Shown in pieces: positions 36,920 through 46,872 of a DNA stretch of 55,611 nucleotides (positions within the stretch are counted from its first letter, which is position 1; the number at the start of each line of letters is the position of its first letter). This stretch comes from an uncultured Gammaproteobacteria bacterium (GTDB taxonomy: Bacteria > Patescibacteriota > Microgenomatia > Levybacterales > UBA12049): the NCBI GenBank assembly GCA_964515545.1, contig CAZERI010000002.1, forward strand, positions 1-55,611, given 5' to 3'. Position numbers and translations under genes: made by a program. The notes under the pieces were generated by a model, which was not told the DNA's origin, ran no database searches, and saw nothing but the letters and a program-made list of their open reading frames with translations.

Positions 36920-38320
36920 ATGCAGCGAACATTAGTCAATCAAACAACAGAGAAAATAGATCAGAAGATAGAGCTTCTTGGGTGGGTAGATACGAAAAGA
37001 GATCATGGTAAATTAACCTTTATTGATTTGCGTGATAGAACAGGAAAAGTCCAATGCGTTGGTTTTCAAAAAATGGGAGAACTGAGTGTGGAGTCTGTCG
37101 TGAGGATCGTAGGAACTGTTAAAAAGAGACCAGAGCGGATGGTAAATCCAGACCTGGCCACAGGGACAGTAGAAGTTGATGTAGAAGAATATGAAGTACT
37201 CAATAAAGCAAAAGAGCTGCCAATCCCAGTTGATACTGATGGAAGAGATATCAGCGAAGAAGTACGATTAAAGTATCGTTATTTAGATCTCCGTCGTGAG
37301 CGCATGAATCGTAATATCAGATTACGCAGCGATTTTACGCAGGGATTGAGGCAGGCACTTCTTAAAAGAGAGTTCGTTGAAATTGAGACGCCACTTTTAT
37401 CAAAAGCAACGATGGAAGGTGCGAGAGATTTTGTAGTTCCTTCACGTTTTCAGCCAGGGAAATTCTATGCTCTTCCCCAGAGCCCTCAGCAGTACAAGCA
37501 GCTCCTTATGACGGCAGGATTTGAGAGATATTTCCAATTTCCTCATTGTCTTCGTGATGAGGATTTACGAGCGGATCGAGGATTCGAATTCACTCAGCTG
37601 GATTTAGAGATGAGCTTCGTTAGTAGAGAAGATGTCATGGAGACTGTTGAGTCAGTAGTCAAAGAAGCAGTAGGAGGAGTTGGTGGTAAATTGAAAGATC
37701 AGACTTTTCCGGTCTTTACTTATCAGGAAGCGATGGAGAAATTCGGTGCCGATAAGTTCGATTTAAGATCAGAAGAAGATAAGAAAAATGGCGTTTTGGC
37801 GTTCGCCTGGGTAATTAATTTCCCTTTCTTCAAAAAAGTTGATAAAAAAGATGCAGCAGAGGTAAGAGATGGTAAAAGCGGATGGACATTTACCCATAAT
37901 CCTTTTAGTGCTCCGATTCCTGAACATGAAGAATGGCTCTTAAAAGGAGAGAATATTGACCAAATCCTAACATCTCAATATGATCTTGTCTGTAATGGGC
38001 TTGAGGCAGGAGGGGGAAGTATTAGAGCATTTAGATCAGATTTATTAAAAGCTACTTACAAAATCATGGGTTATTCTGATGAGCAGATTGAGAGAAGTGT
38101 AGGACATATGCTTGAGGCTTTTGAGTATGGTACTCCACCTCATGGTGGTATCGCATTAGGGCTAGACCGATATATAGCACTTCTCACTCAGGAGGATTCT
38201 ATTAAGGAAAGCATGGCTTTTCCAATGTCTTCAACAGGAAGAACTGCGATTATGGATGCTCCAGCTCCTGTCAGTGAAGAACAGCTCAAGGAATTGCACC
38301 TCAAAGTCATAGAAGAGTAA
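36920..38320 (+). CDS. aspS: Aspartate--tRNA ligase, bacterial type without GAD insertion
   Basis: RDHGKLTFIDLRD, GARDF, LPQSPQQYKQ, PPHGGIALGLDR. Confidence 0.95.
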   Translation: MQRTLVNQTTEKIDQKIELLGWVDTKRDHGKLTFIDLRDRTGKVQCVGFQKMGELSVESVVRIVGTVKKRPERMVNPDLATGTVEVDVEEYEVLNKAKELPIPVDTDGRDISEEVRLKYRYLDLRRERMNRNIRLRSDFTQGLRQALLKREFVEIETPLLSKATMEGARDFVVPSRFQPGKFYALPQSPQQYKQLLMTAGFERYFQFPHCLRDEDLRADRGFEFTQLDLEMSFVSREDVMETVESVVKEAVGGVGGKLKDQTFPVFTYQEAMEKFGADKFDLRSEEDKKNGVLAFAWVINFPFFKKVDKKDAAEVRDGKSGWTFTHNPFSAPIPEHEEWLLKGENIDQILTSQYDLVCNGLEAGGGSIRAFRSDLLKATYKIMGYSDEQIERSVGHMLEAFEYGTPPHGGIALGLDRYIALLTQEDSIKESMAFPMSSTGRTAIMDAPAPVSEEQLKELHLKVIEE

Positions 38321-38361
38321 TATTTATAGTCATTTCTTCACATCTCCTTTATAATAAATCA

Positions 38362-39345
38362 ATGGCTGGAAAAAAGAAAAAAATATCCAAGCAAAAAAAA
38401 AGCTCGAAAAAGGTACTATTTAATAATATCGAAAGAGATTTACGGCTTCTTCTTATCCCTGTTATTCTCTTAGTTGTAGTCCAGATACTTGGATTCTATC
38501 TTAAGTCAATTAACGTCAAAACATCAGCTCTTTCCTCCTCATCAGCGTCTTTTGGAGCTCCGGTAACTGACTATACGTTCTTTAGTCATCCCATTTCTCC
38601 TCCAATCACAGCAGAAGCAGCCATTATTATTGATCGGGATTCAAAGACTGTCCTTTATGAAAAAAATGCTCATTTACGCTTTTCAATGGCATCGACAACA
38701 AAAATTATGACTGCCTTAGTCGCACTGGAACACTTCAAGCCAGACGATATTCTGACTGCAGTTAGTAGTCATGTTGAAGGAGTAAATGTGGGAGTAGAAG
38801 TTGGTGATCGTCTCTACTTTAAAGATGCTCTCTATGCTATGCTGTTGCCGTCAGGCAATGATATTGCTTATCTTATAGCACAAAATTTTCCGGGAGGGGA
38901 GGATGCTTTTATATTAGCGATGAATAAAAAAGCAGAGTCTCTCCATTTTAAAAATACTCACTATGCTGATCCAGCTGGTCTTAATGATGATGGCAACTAC
39001 ACTACAGCTAGCGAGTTAGCCCAATTAGCAGCTATTGTGAGTGAAAATGCTACTCTCGCTGATGTCATGGCAACTAAAAGTAAGATTATCCAGACAGTAG
39101 ATGGTACAAAGATTTTTACCCTTACTAATCTTAATCAGCTTTTAGGTCAGTATGGAGTAATCGGTATGAAAACAGGACATACTGAAGGTGCAGGGGATGT
39201 TCTCATAACATCTGCAATAGATAGCGGACATACCTATATTATCGTGGTTATGAGAAGTCAGAATAGATTTGCAGATACAGAAATACTTCTTTCCTCACTA
39301 ATCTCAAGTGTGACGTCATTTTCTCCCCGCAGCTTCTCACGTTAG
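38362..39345 (+). CDS. dacA: D-alanyl-D-alanine carboxypeptidase (peptidase S11)
   Basis: ASTTK (SxxK), SGN (SxN), KTG. Confidence 0.9.
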   Translation: MAGKKKKISKQKKSSKKVLFNNIERDLRLLLIPVILLVVVQILGFYLKSINVKTSALSSSSASFGAPVTDYTFFSHPISPPITAEAAIIIDRDSKTVLYEKNAHLRFSMASTTKIMTALVALEHFKPDDILTAVSSHVEGVNVGVEVGDRLYFKDALYAMLLPSGNDIAYLIAQNFPGGEDAFILAMNKKAESLHFKNTHYADPAGLNDDGNYTTASELAQLAAIVSENATLADVMATKSKIIQTVDGTKIFTLTNLNQLLGQYGVIGMKTGHTEGAGDVLITSAIDSGHTYIIVVMRSQNRFADTEILLSSLISSVTSFSPRSFSR

Positions 39346-40379
39346 AGGATCCAGTCATCTGTTACTGCGGAAACGTACGCAAAGAACCCATCCTTTCCTT
39401 CGAATACATAAATAGGCATGAGATAATCCTGTTTTTTATCACTCATGAAGTAAGCAAGATAGACATCTTTGATAGTTATATCAGAACTATCTCCGTAATA
39501 ACTTGCAATATATGCCTTTCCTTGCTTGAGGAGAGAGTATGCAGCGTCACGAGATATTATTGGGTAAGAAGTCGAGTCTTTGCCTACTAGCTGGTGAGAA
39601 AAACTGGCATCAAGTATCTGTCCAGAACGATGACCGCCTACAAGAAAGTGCATAGATGAGTAAGGAGGATGTGAGTACATGATAGGCAATTTATTTATAT
39701 CACTTTGGAATAGATCAACTCGTACCATTTGAGCTGTCGAGAGACTACTTGAGGCAAAGAGAGTATTACCTTGAAGGGTAAGAAGTTGGGTGGCGGTTTT
39801 TGTAGGATCAAAGTCACTAGGATAGAGCTCCAGCTTTTGGAGGAAGTCAGTAGCAACTTTGGCAGCACTGATGGGATCAACACCGCCAATTGGTGAAAGA
39901 TCAGGATAAGTAAGATAATTCGAAGAGATAGTAAAATCTTTAGAGACAGTATTAATTGTTAGGAGTCTATCTATCTGCTGGGCATCTCTCCAGGAATATT
40001 GAGTATCGGTAATAAGTGTTTCACTACTATTAAATCCTGCTTGATACACGTGATTTCGTGTTGATTGTAAATCAAGTAGAGAAGGAACAGGCGGTATCGT
40101 TTTATAAACATTTGCTCTATCAGGTGACGTCCCCAGATGTCCAGTTACTGTATCAAGTGAGTAGGTAAATGATTTATTGCTAGCATTTTCTGGGAAAATA
40201 ATGGCTGGTAATTTCCCAAAAGCTGCTTTTGGAGGGAGGGGTTTTTTAGGAAAGAGCGTATTAGCAATTAATTTGCCTCCTCGAAAGAGAAGGATAAGAA
40301 TCATAATAACGCCTAAACCAATTCCTCCCCATTTCAAAATATTTTTAGTAAGCGACGTAGCTTGATAAAGACTGGGCAT
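39342..40379 (-). CDS. Hypothetical membrane-anchored extracellular protein
   Basis: N-terminal TM; C-terminal YLMPIYVF; start refined to ATG 40379 (TATACT 6 nt upstream). Confidence 0.75.
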   Translation of the reverse strand: MPSLYQATSLTKNILKWGGIGLGVIMILILLFRGGKLIANTLFPKKPLPPKAAFGKLPAIIFPENASNKSFTYSLDTVTGHLGTSPDRANVYKTIPPVPSLLDLQSTRNHVYQAGFNSSETLITDTQYSWRDAQQIDRLLTINTVSKDFTISSNYLTYPDLSPIGGVDPISAAKVATDFLQKLELYPSDFDPTKTATQLLTLQGNTLFASSSLSTAQMVRVDLFQSDINKLPIMYSHPPYSSMHFLVGGHRSGQILDASFSHQLVGKDSTSYPIISRDAAYSLLKQGKAYIASYYGDSSDITIKDVYLAYFMSDKKQDYLMPIYVFEGKDGFFAYVSAVTDDWIL

Positions 40380-40436
40380 ATCTTGAGTATAAGTAATAGC
40401 AGATGTATAATGCAACAAGGCTAGAAAGAAATAAAT

Positions 40437-41822
40437 ATGAGTTCAGTACGTACCCGCATCGCACCATCTCCTACAGGTGATGATATCCATATAGGCAATC
40501 TCTATACAGCGCTTATCAATTACGCTGTAGCAAAAAAAAATAATGGTAAATTTATCATTCGTATCGAAGACACTGACAGGACAAGATATCGGGAAGGTGC
40601 AGAAAGTAGAATTTTGGCATCGATTAAAGCATATAATCTACAGTACGATGAAGGCCCTGATATCGGTGGTCCCTATGCACCCTACCGTCAGTCGGAGAGA
40701 CTACCTGAATATAAGAAATTTGCTTTGGAGTTAGTTCAGAACGGAACCGCTTATTATTGTGTATGTACCAAAGAACGCTTAGAGAAATTAAAAGAAGAAC
40801 AGATAAAGAATAATGAGCGTACTAAATATGATAAGCATTGTTTGAGAACTCAGGAGGAAGCAAAAAGATTAATTGATCTAGGGACTCCATATGTTATTCG
40901 CCTTAATGTAGCAACAGATAAAGAGATACTATTTAATGATCTTATTAGAGGGGAGATTCGTATTAATTCAAATGAGATCGACGATCAAGTTCTCTTAAAA
41001 TCTGATGGATTTCCTACCTATCATCTAGGTGTGGTGGTGGATGATCATTTAATGAATATTACTCATATCATCCGAGCTGAGGAATGGATATCCTCAACTC
41101 CAAAGCATGTTCTATTGTACGAAGCGTTTGGGTGGGAACAGCCTATCTTTGCTCATCTTCCTATCTTAAGAAATCCTGATAGATCAAAGCTATCAAAACG
41201 AAAAAATCCTGTATGGGCTTCATGGTATCTGGATGAGGGATATCTCCCTGAGGCGGTGTTGAATTATCTCGCATTAATGGGATGGAGTCATCCTGAGGGA
41301 AAAGAATTTTTTAGCCTTGACGAATTCGTCGATGCATTTGATTTGAAGAGAGTAAATGTTGTGGGACCTGTCTTTGATATTAAAAAACTTTCCTGGATGA
41401 ATCAGCAATATATCCAAAATATGGATGATGATAGCCTTATAGAGAGAATTAATTCTTTCTACAAAGATTCTCCTAAAGATAAGGAGATAATAAGAAAGTT
41501 ACTTCCTCTTCTTAAGACACGGATGGAGACTCTCAAGGACTTTGAGAGTCTTACCGCATTCTTTTTCGAAATTCCTGCTATCACACTTCGAAATGATAAA
41601 GAGCGGGAGGTTGTGATTGATTTGATCCAGGTCTTAGAGACAGTTCCAACATGGAGTGAACAGGATATTTTTCTCGCTTTTAAATCAGTGCTTGAAAAGC
41701 ACTCACTTCGGATGCCTGTACTATATTATCTCTTAACTGGAAAAGAGAAAGGCTTGCCTCTCCCTCAGGTAATTGAGATACTAGGAAAAGAAGAGACATT
41801 AAAAAGACTTAAGACTCTTTGA
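40437..41822 (+). CDS. gltX: Glutamate--tRNA ligase
   Basis: RIAPSPTG, HIGN, IRIEDTD, KLSKR. Confidence 0.97.
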   Translation: MSSVRTRIAPSPTGDDIHIGNLYTALINYAVAKKNNGKFIIRIEDTDRTRYREGAESRILASIKAYNLQYDEGPDIGGPYAPYRQSERLPEYKKFALELVQNGTAYYCVCTKERLEKLKEEQIKNNERTKYDKHCLRTQEEAKRLIDLGTPYVIRLNVATDKEILFNDLIRGEIRINSNEIDDQVLLKSDGFPTYHLGVVVDDHLMNITHIIRAEEWISSTPKHVLLYEAFGWEQPIFAHLPILRNPDRSKLSKRKNPVWASWYLDEGYLPEAVLNYLALMGWSHPEGKEFFSLDEFVDAFDLKRVNVVGPVFDIKKLSWMNQQYIQNMDDDSLIERINSFYKDSPKDKEIIRKLLPLLKTRMETLKDFESLTAFFFEIPAITLRNDKEREVVIDLIQVLETVPTWSEQDIFLAFKSVLEKHSLRMPVLYYLLTGKEKGLPLPQVIEILGKEETLKRLKTL

Positions 41823-42430
41823 AAAGTATGCTTGTTCTGCTCGCAAGATTTATTTCATTTATTTTTAATCCCTATATCCTGATGCTTCCAGTTCCTTATC
41901 TTCTGGTAGTTCGTCAAACAGGGGATTATATCTATGCCGGGAAATGGGCGCTTTTCACCCTATGTTTTTTAGTCGCAGTGGGATTTTCTGTTTTTATATT
42001 AGTAAAAAAAGGATATTTCTCTGATCTTGATATATCGAAAAGAGAGCAGCGGCCTCTCTTTTTCTTTCTTCTTATTTTTTTTGCCATACTTTATTTTTTA
42101 AGCCTCTTTTACTTTCAAGGGCCGATTGTACTCTTTACTGCTCTGAGCGGAATTTTCTTAAGTATTGTTGTTTTTAGTTTTATTAATACCCGTATTAAAG
42201 CAAGTATCCATGTAGCAAGTATTACAGGACTGATATTCTCATTTAGTGTGTTGTACAATGGAGTATTTTTTCTCCTGCTTTTCCTCATCCCTCTTATCGG
42301 CTGGTCAAGGATTAAAATTCATAGACACACAAAAAGCGAAGTCTTTACAGGGGCAGCCATGGGAATTCTTCTCCCCCTTGTGATGGTAATTATTTTTAAA
42401 GTATTATTACATATGTCCTTTAAGCCATGA
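41819..42430 (+). CDS. PAP2-like integral membrane phosphatase
   Basis: K..RP, SIH, SR.....H...E pattern in 6-TM protein. Confidence 0.6.
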   Translation: MKSMLVLLARFISFIFNPYILMLPVPYLLVVRQTGDYIYAGKWALFTLCFLVAVGFSVFILVKKGYFSDLDISKREQRPLFFFLLIFFAILYFLSLFYFQGPIVLFTALSGIFLSIVVFSFINTRIKASIHVASITGLIFSFSVLYNGVFFLLLFLIPLIGWSRIKIHRHTKSEVFTGAAMGILLPLVMVIIFKVLLHMSFKP

Positions 42431-42804
42431 TCAAACACGTCACATTAGCTAAATCTTTTTATTATGCATTTAACGGTATAGTGTATGCAGTAAAAAGAGA
42501 CCAAAATTTCAGGATTCATATCGCGACCTCTTTACTTGTTATTGCTGCAAGTATTTTTTTTGATGTTAATCCTTTTGAAATGGGGATCTTAGGAGTAATG
42601 ATTGTCTTAGTTATGGTAACTGAGATGATTAACACTGCAATTGAGAATATGGTTGACTTAATCTCTAAAGAATACAGTGAGAATGCAAAAATAGCTAAAG
42701 ATATCTCAGCGGGGATGGTACTTCTTTCATCTATGGGGGCAATAATCGTAGGATTTCTTATTTTTACCCCTCATCTTCTTACGTTATTTGGTGTCAGACA
42801 TTAA
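42427..42804 (+). CDS. dgkA: Diacylglycerol/undecaprenol kinase
   Basis: SFYYAFNG, NFRIH, EMINTAIENMVD, AKDISAG. Confidence 0.92.
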   Translation: MIKHVTLAKSFYYAFNGIVYAVKRDQNFRIHIATSLLVIAASIFFDVNPFEMGILGVMIVLVMVTEMINTAIENMVDLISKEYSENAKIAKDISAGMVLLSSMGAIIVGFLIFTPHLLTLFGVRH

Positions 42805-43510
42805 CTCCAAATAATTTACCGATAAAGTACGTAATCGCCATTGCAAAAACACCCCCTAGAACTACCCTTACAACAGCTTTTTTAATGCTTGCATTCCCTA
42901 CGATAGCACTGAGAGTTCCAGTAATGGCTAGAGCCACTATTACCGATATGATTTCTATGTAGATTTTAATAGATGGGGGGGGAAGCAGAATCGCCAAAAG
43001 CGGAATACATGCTCCGATAACAAAAGATACAGCAGATGCAAGAGCAGCGTGAGATGGATTGGTCAGATTAGTTGGATCAATACCGAGTTCGATATCTACA
43101 TGAGCAGCAAATGCATCATGCTCAGTTAGTTCTTTTGCGACTGTTAAGGCAGTCTTTGGAGAAAGTCCTTTTTTCTCGTATAAGCTTGCTAACTCATGTA
43201 ATTCCTCTGCAGGGAAATGAGCCAATTCATAGCGTTCTTTATCGAGCAAACTTTTTTCGGTATCGCGTGAGCTGCTTACAGATACATATTCGCCTGCAGC
43301 CATTGATATCGCTCCTGCTAGAACTCCAGCAATTCCTGCAGTAAGAATAATAGCATTATCACTTGTTGCTCCAGCAATCCCCATAACAAGTCCAGCGATT
43401 GAGACGATGCCATCATTAGCTCCTAAGACCGATGCACGCAGCCAATTAATCTTGGCTAAATGATTCTCAAGATGTGGTTCTTTGTGATCAAACCTGTCAA
43501 TTTTGTCCAT
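42794..43510 (-). CDS. VIT1/CCC1 family Fe/Mn transporter
   Basis: LRASVLGANDGIVS, SMAAGEYVSV, HVDIELG. Confidence 0.93.
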   Translation of the reverse strand: MDKIDRFDHKEPHLENHLAKINWLRASVLGANDGIVSIAGLVMGIAGATSDNAIILTAGIAGVLAGAISMAAGEYVSVSSSRDTEKSLLDKERYELAHFPAEELHELASLYEKKGLSPKTALTVAKELTEHDAFAAHVDIELGIDPTNLTNPSHAALASAVSFVIGACIPLLAILLPPPSIKIYIEIISVIVALAITGTLSAIVGNASIKKAVVRVVLGGVFAMAITYFIGKLFGVNV

Positions 43511-43558
43511 ATGTGTCCTTATCTTAACAAATAAATAGCTATCATATATAGTGGAATT

Positions 43559-44539
43559 ATGGATAAAATTATTAAAGGAAGTGCCAGTATCTATGTACTG
43601 CTGATCCTTACGGGGATAATAGGTATTAGTTACCTTATAAATAATGGTGTTATTCCTATGTTTACAGCAGATAATAAAGTCAGAAAAGTTGTCTCAAAAG
43701 TATCCCAGCCTACCTCAAAGGATGAAAGCGGAATTCAGCTCAAGTCTATTGGATATGATCCTGCATCCGTCACTGTTATGCCGACTGCCTCATATTTAGC
43801 TAGGCTTCCTGCAACCTCTCCCACTCAACAGCCAAATGCATCAGGAGTTCCCTCTCCAACTCCAGCAACAGGGCAGACTATTCCTACTCAGAGTTCCACT
43901 CCTATACCGACTAGGAGCCAAGTCTCACCCACTCCTGGAGCCAGTGTAACACCTGTGCGTATTCCAACAATTACTCCTACACCGATTCCTACTCCTTCTG
44001 AGGTAACTGCTCTTACCAGTATGCAGACCAGACTATTAGCTATTGCAAGATCTCAGAAAGGAGACAAATATGGTTGGGGGGATTGCCATGACTGGAGTTG
44101 GTCGGGATATAAGCCTAGCAGTATCCCAAAAAAATCTGATGGTTGTAATACGTATGACTGTTCAGGGTTTACAGGGTGGGTCTATTATTGGGCAACAAAT
44201 GGAAGATTTAATATGAGAGGGCAGACGTGTAGGGACTATGGTAATTGCTATACTATAGATGGAGGCTTCAGGACTGAAAATCCAGGACTTTATACAAAGT
44301 ATTCCTATAAAGAGTTAGACAAAATAAAATTTGGAGATTTAGTGTACTTTGGGACGAATAGAGATAAAAAATATCCGACTACCTCACACGTTGCTTTATA
44401 TGTTGGAGCGTACGGTAGCTGTGGTGGAAAAAAAGACTGCATTATTGATGCGTCAGGGAGTGGAGGATGGCAGGTAAGTGAGCGTAGTCTCTCATCTGTC
44501 CCAAAATCTATCATTGGCTTTTTGAGACCTAAAATATGA
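43559..44539 (+). CDS. Membrane-anchored NlpC/P60 cysteine hydrolase with long P/T/S linker
   Basis: YGWG..DCSGF, GDLVYF, SHVALYVG, IDAS. Confidence 0.85.
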   Translation: MDKIIKGSASIYVLLILTGIIGISYLINNGVIPMFTADNKVRKVVSKVSQPTSKDESGIQLKSIGYDPASVTVMPTASYLARLPATSPTQQPNASGVPSPTPATGQTIPTQSSTPIPTRSQVSPTPGASVTPVRIPTITPTPIPTPSEVTALTSMQTRLLAIARSQKGDKYGWGDCHDWSWSGYKPSSIPKKSDGCNTYDCSGFTGWVYYWATNGRFNMRGQTCRDYGNCYTIDGGFRTENPGLYTKYSYKELDKIKFGDLVYFGTNRDKKYPTTSHVALYVGAYGSCGGKKDCIIDASGSGGWQVSERSLSSVPKSIIGFLRPKI

Positions 44540-44973
44540 ATATAGCAAATATATATAGATCTAGAGGATTTTTGATATTTCTTGTAGCTGTTCTCATCGT
44601 TGTCTTTGCTATTTTCATGACGTTGTTATTCCAGCAAGGATTTTTAGGAGGGAGATCTCAAGTGCTCTCCAGTGATGACAAAGAACAAATAAGTTCTGTA
44701 GTTAAGAAAAGTCTTTCTGACAATTTTACAGGAGATGAATTAAAGTTTACTAACTTTAAAGGAGACCACAATTGGGCAATTGTCCTAGTATATAGTACAA
44801 CTAAAGAGGTTGATCCAGCTTTTGTTTTTATGAAAAATAATAAAGGCAGCTGGGAAATAGTCTATGGACCTGCTACAGATGCTGATCCCAGCGATCTCAA
44901 AAAATTAGGAGTACCACAGGAACTTATCGACCAGAGAGACGACGTCTTTGTCCCGCCTGGTACACCTCAGTAA
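44536..44973 (+). CDS. Hypothetical membrane-anchored small extracellular protein
   Basis: ATGA overlap with NlpC/P60 gene; N-terminal TM. Confidence 0.72.
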   Translation: MNIANIYRSRGFLIFLVAVLIVVFAIFMTLLFQQGFLGGRSQVLSSDDKEQISSVVKKSLSDNFTGDELKFTNFKGDHNWAIVLVYSTTKEVDPAFVFMKNNKGSWEIVYGPATDADPSDLKKLGVPQELIDQRDDVFVPPGTPQ

Positions 44974-45437
44974 ATAAAAGGGTATGTCAGGATCTTTGAG
45001 TCAGGTTTACCGCTAGGATTTTCCTCATGAATTTGGAGTTCGAGCTTTTTTCCCATAGGCGTTTTGGTAAAGGTAATGGTCCCTTTATATTGCACCGGCT
45101 GATCAGTCATCCAATCTTCTTCAGTTGTTAGTACTCCTTCTCCAATGACTGTCCCCTCTTCATCAAGCAGCTTCATACTTCCCGCCTGAGCTTCAAATAC
45201 GGTCCAATGACAGTCAGTATTAGTATTATCAACAGTAACAGTGACAGAAAGTGGAGAAGAAATTTTCTGATTAGATGAGGGTGAATTGAGAGTAAGGGCA
45301 GTACAGGAAGCTGGTGAAGGTGAAGGAGTAGAGGAAATGGGGACGGGTGCTTTCTCGACATTTCCTCTTTTAGTTAAATATAATCCGCTAATAACGACAA
45401 AGAAAATAATCCCAATGAGGAGAAATATTTTATTCAT
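44967..45437 (-). CDS. Gmad2-like Ig-domain membrane-anchored protein
   Basis: TM + SP-rich linker + P..NQKISSPL..W..FEA..DWMT..NPSG pattern; start refined to ATG 45437. Confidence 0.7.
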   Translation of the reverse strand: MNKIFLLIGIIFFVVISGLYLTKRGNVEKAPVPISSTPSPSPASCTALTLNSPSSNQKISSPLSVTVTVDNTNTDCHWTVFEAQAGSMKLLDEEGTVIGEGVLTTEEDWMTDQPVQYKGTITFTKTPMGKKLELQIHEENPSGKPDSKILTYPFIY

Positions 45438-45487
45438 ATAAGAGTTTTCGTCAAAATTGATTATAGCATGTGTTTTATAGCTAAGAC

Positions 45488-46174
45488 TTACTCTACGGGA
45501 TAGCCAGGGAACCAATCACCTTTAATGTTATTTTCCGCTACTCCCATTTTTTTCAAAGTTTCAATTAAAGTATCTACCATAGGTTCTGGGCCTGATACAT
45601 AAAATAGAGGTTTCTTCATATCTGGAATGTACTCTCTAATTTTTTCCTCATCAATATGTTCAGGAGACAAGACATATTGAATTTTGAAATTTGGATTATG
45701 AGATGCTATCGTCTCTAATTCATTTTTAAAGGTTATATTCTCATCGTGGTTGGCATAGAGAAGTGTAACGTTTATAGGTTTTTTGTCATGGTCAAGCTGC
45801 TTGAGGATTGATCTGAATGGTGTTACTCCAATACCACCTGCTATGAAAACATAGCTTTTATCAGGATCATCTAGAATAAAATCTCCCATCACTCCAGATA
45901 TCTCTATATTTTTTCCTTCTTTTAATGCAAAAAGCTTCTGCTTAAAAGTACTTGATCTATTGGTAGCATGACGAGTGGTGAGTCTTACCTGATTTTCAAA
46001 AGGAGCAGCTGAATTTGTAAACCATCGGTCTGATCCACGATCGTCGGTAGGACGATGATGGAGGACATAGTGAAGATATTGTCCTGGTTTCCAGGTAAGC
46101 TGTTCTTGGGGATCAAAGATAAATGTTGTTACATCAGAAGTCTCTTGCCTTCTCTTAACGAGCTTTAATTTCAT
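45488..46174 (-). CDS. FAD/NAD(P)-binding ferredoxin-NADP reductase-like oxidoreductase (no Fe-S domain)
   Basis: PGQY, RWFT, IAGGIGVTPF, SGPEPM; start refined to ATG 46174. Confidence 0.85.
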   Translation of the reverse strand: MKLKLVKRRQETSDVTTFIFDPQEQLTWKPGQYLHYVLHHRPTDDRGSDRWFTNSAAPFENQVRLTTRHATNRSSTFKQKLFALKEGKNIEISGVMGDFILDDPDKSYVFIAGGIGVTPFRSILKQLDHDKKPINVTLLYANHDENITFKNELETIASHNPNFKIQYVLSPEHIDEEKIREYIPDMKKPLFYVSGPEPMVDTLIETLKKMGVAENNIKGDWFPGYPVE

Positions 46175-46200
46175 AGACAAAGTATATCACAGGAGTCAAA

Positions 46201-46845
46201 TTACTCTCTCCTCAGGCGAAATGTAAGATGCGTTACTAAAGGAGAATCTATAATTCTTATTTTTTCTAGTTTTGCGTCACCTAAATTTTCTAGCAAGCGA
46301 GTGCCACCTTTAAGAAGTATTGGTACCATATGAATTCGTAATTCATCCAGGAGTCTCTTCTGGATAAACTGCTGAATAGTATTAGCTCCGCCTGCTACTG
46401 AGATATTTTTATCACCAGCTACTTTTTGGGCTTGTGAGAGTGCATTTTCAACTCCCTCAGTGACGAAGTTAAATGAGGTACCGCCATTTTTATCTACCTT
46501 ATCTCTTTTATGCTTTGTGAGGATAAATACTGGTACATGAAAGGGAGGAGTATCACCCCACCAGCCATCTGGGTTGGGATCTTTTTCCCATGGCCCATTT
46601 CCCCCGCTATACATTTTTCTTCCCATTATCACCGCTCCAACGTTAGCTGTTGATTCTGCCATAATGTCGTTATCTGGACCTGTCTCGCCACCTGTCATTC
46701 CGTGAGGCTCACGCCATGCCTTCAAGTTATAAACCCACTCATGAAGCTCCTCTCCTCTTTTACCTAATGGTTCTTTAAGAGTAGGGTTTGGTCCGGCCAC
46801 AAAGCCGTCAAGAGACATTGAAATTTCTGCAAATACTTTTCCCAT
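46201..46845 (-). CDS. DHFR/RibD C-terminal-like reductase
   Basis: SMSLDGFVAG, MGRKMY, GGANTI, DELRI. Confidence 0.88.
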   Translation of the reverse strand: MGKVFAEISMSLDGFVAGPNPTLKEPLGKRGEELHEWVYNLKAWREPHGMTGGETGPDNDIMAESTANVGAVIMGRKMYSGGNGPWEKDPNPDGWWGDTPPFHVPVFILTKHKRDKVDKNGGTSFNFVTEGVENALSQAQKVAGDKNISVAGGANTIQQFIQKRLLDELRIHMVPILLKGGTRLLENLGDAKLEKIRIIDSPLVTHLTFRLRRE

Positions 46846-46872
46846 CTCGAGATATTTTTATTAGACTTTCAT

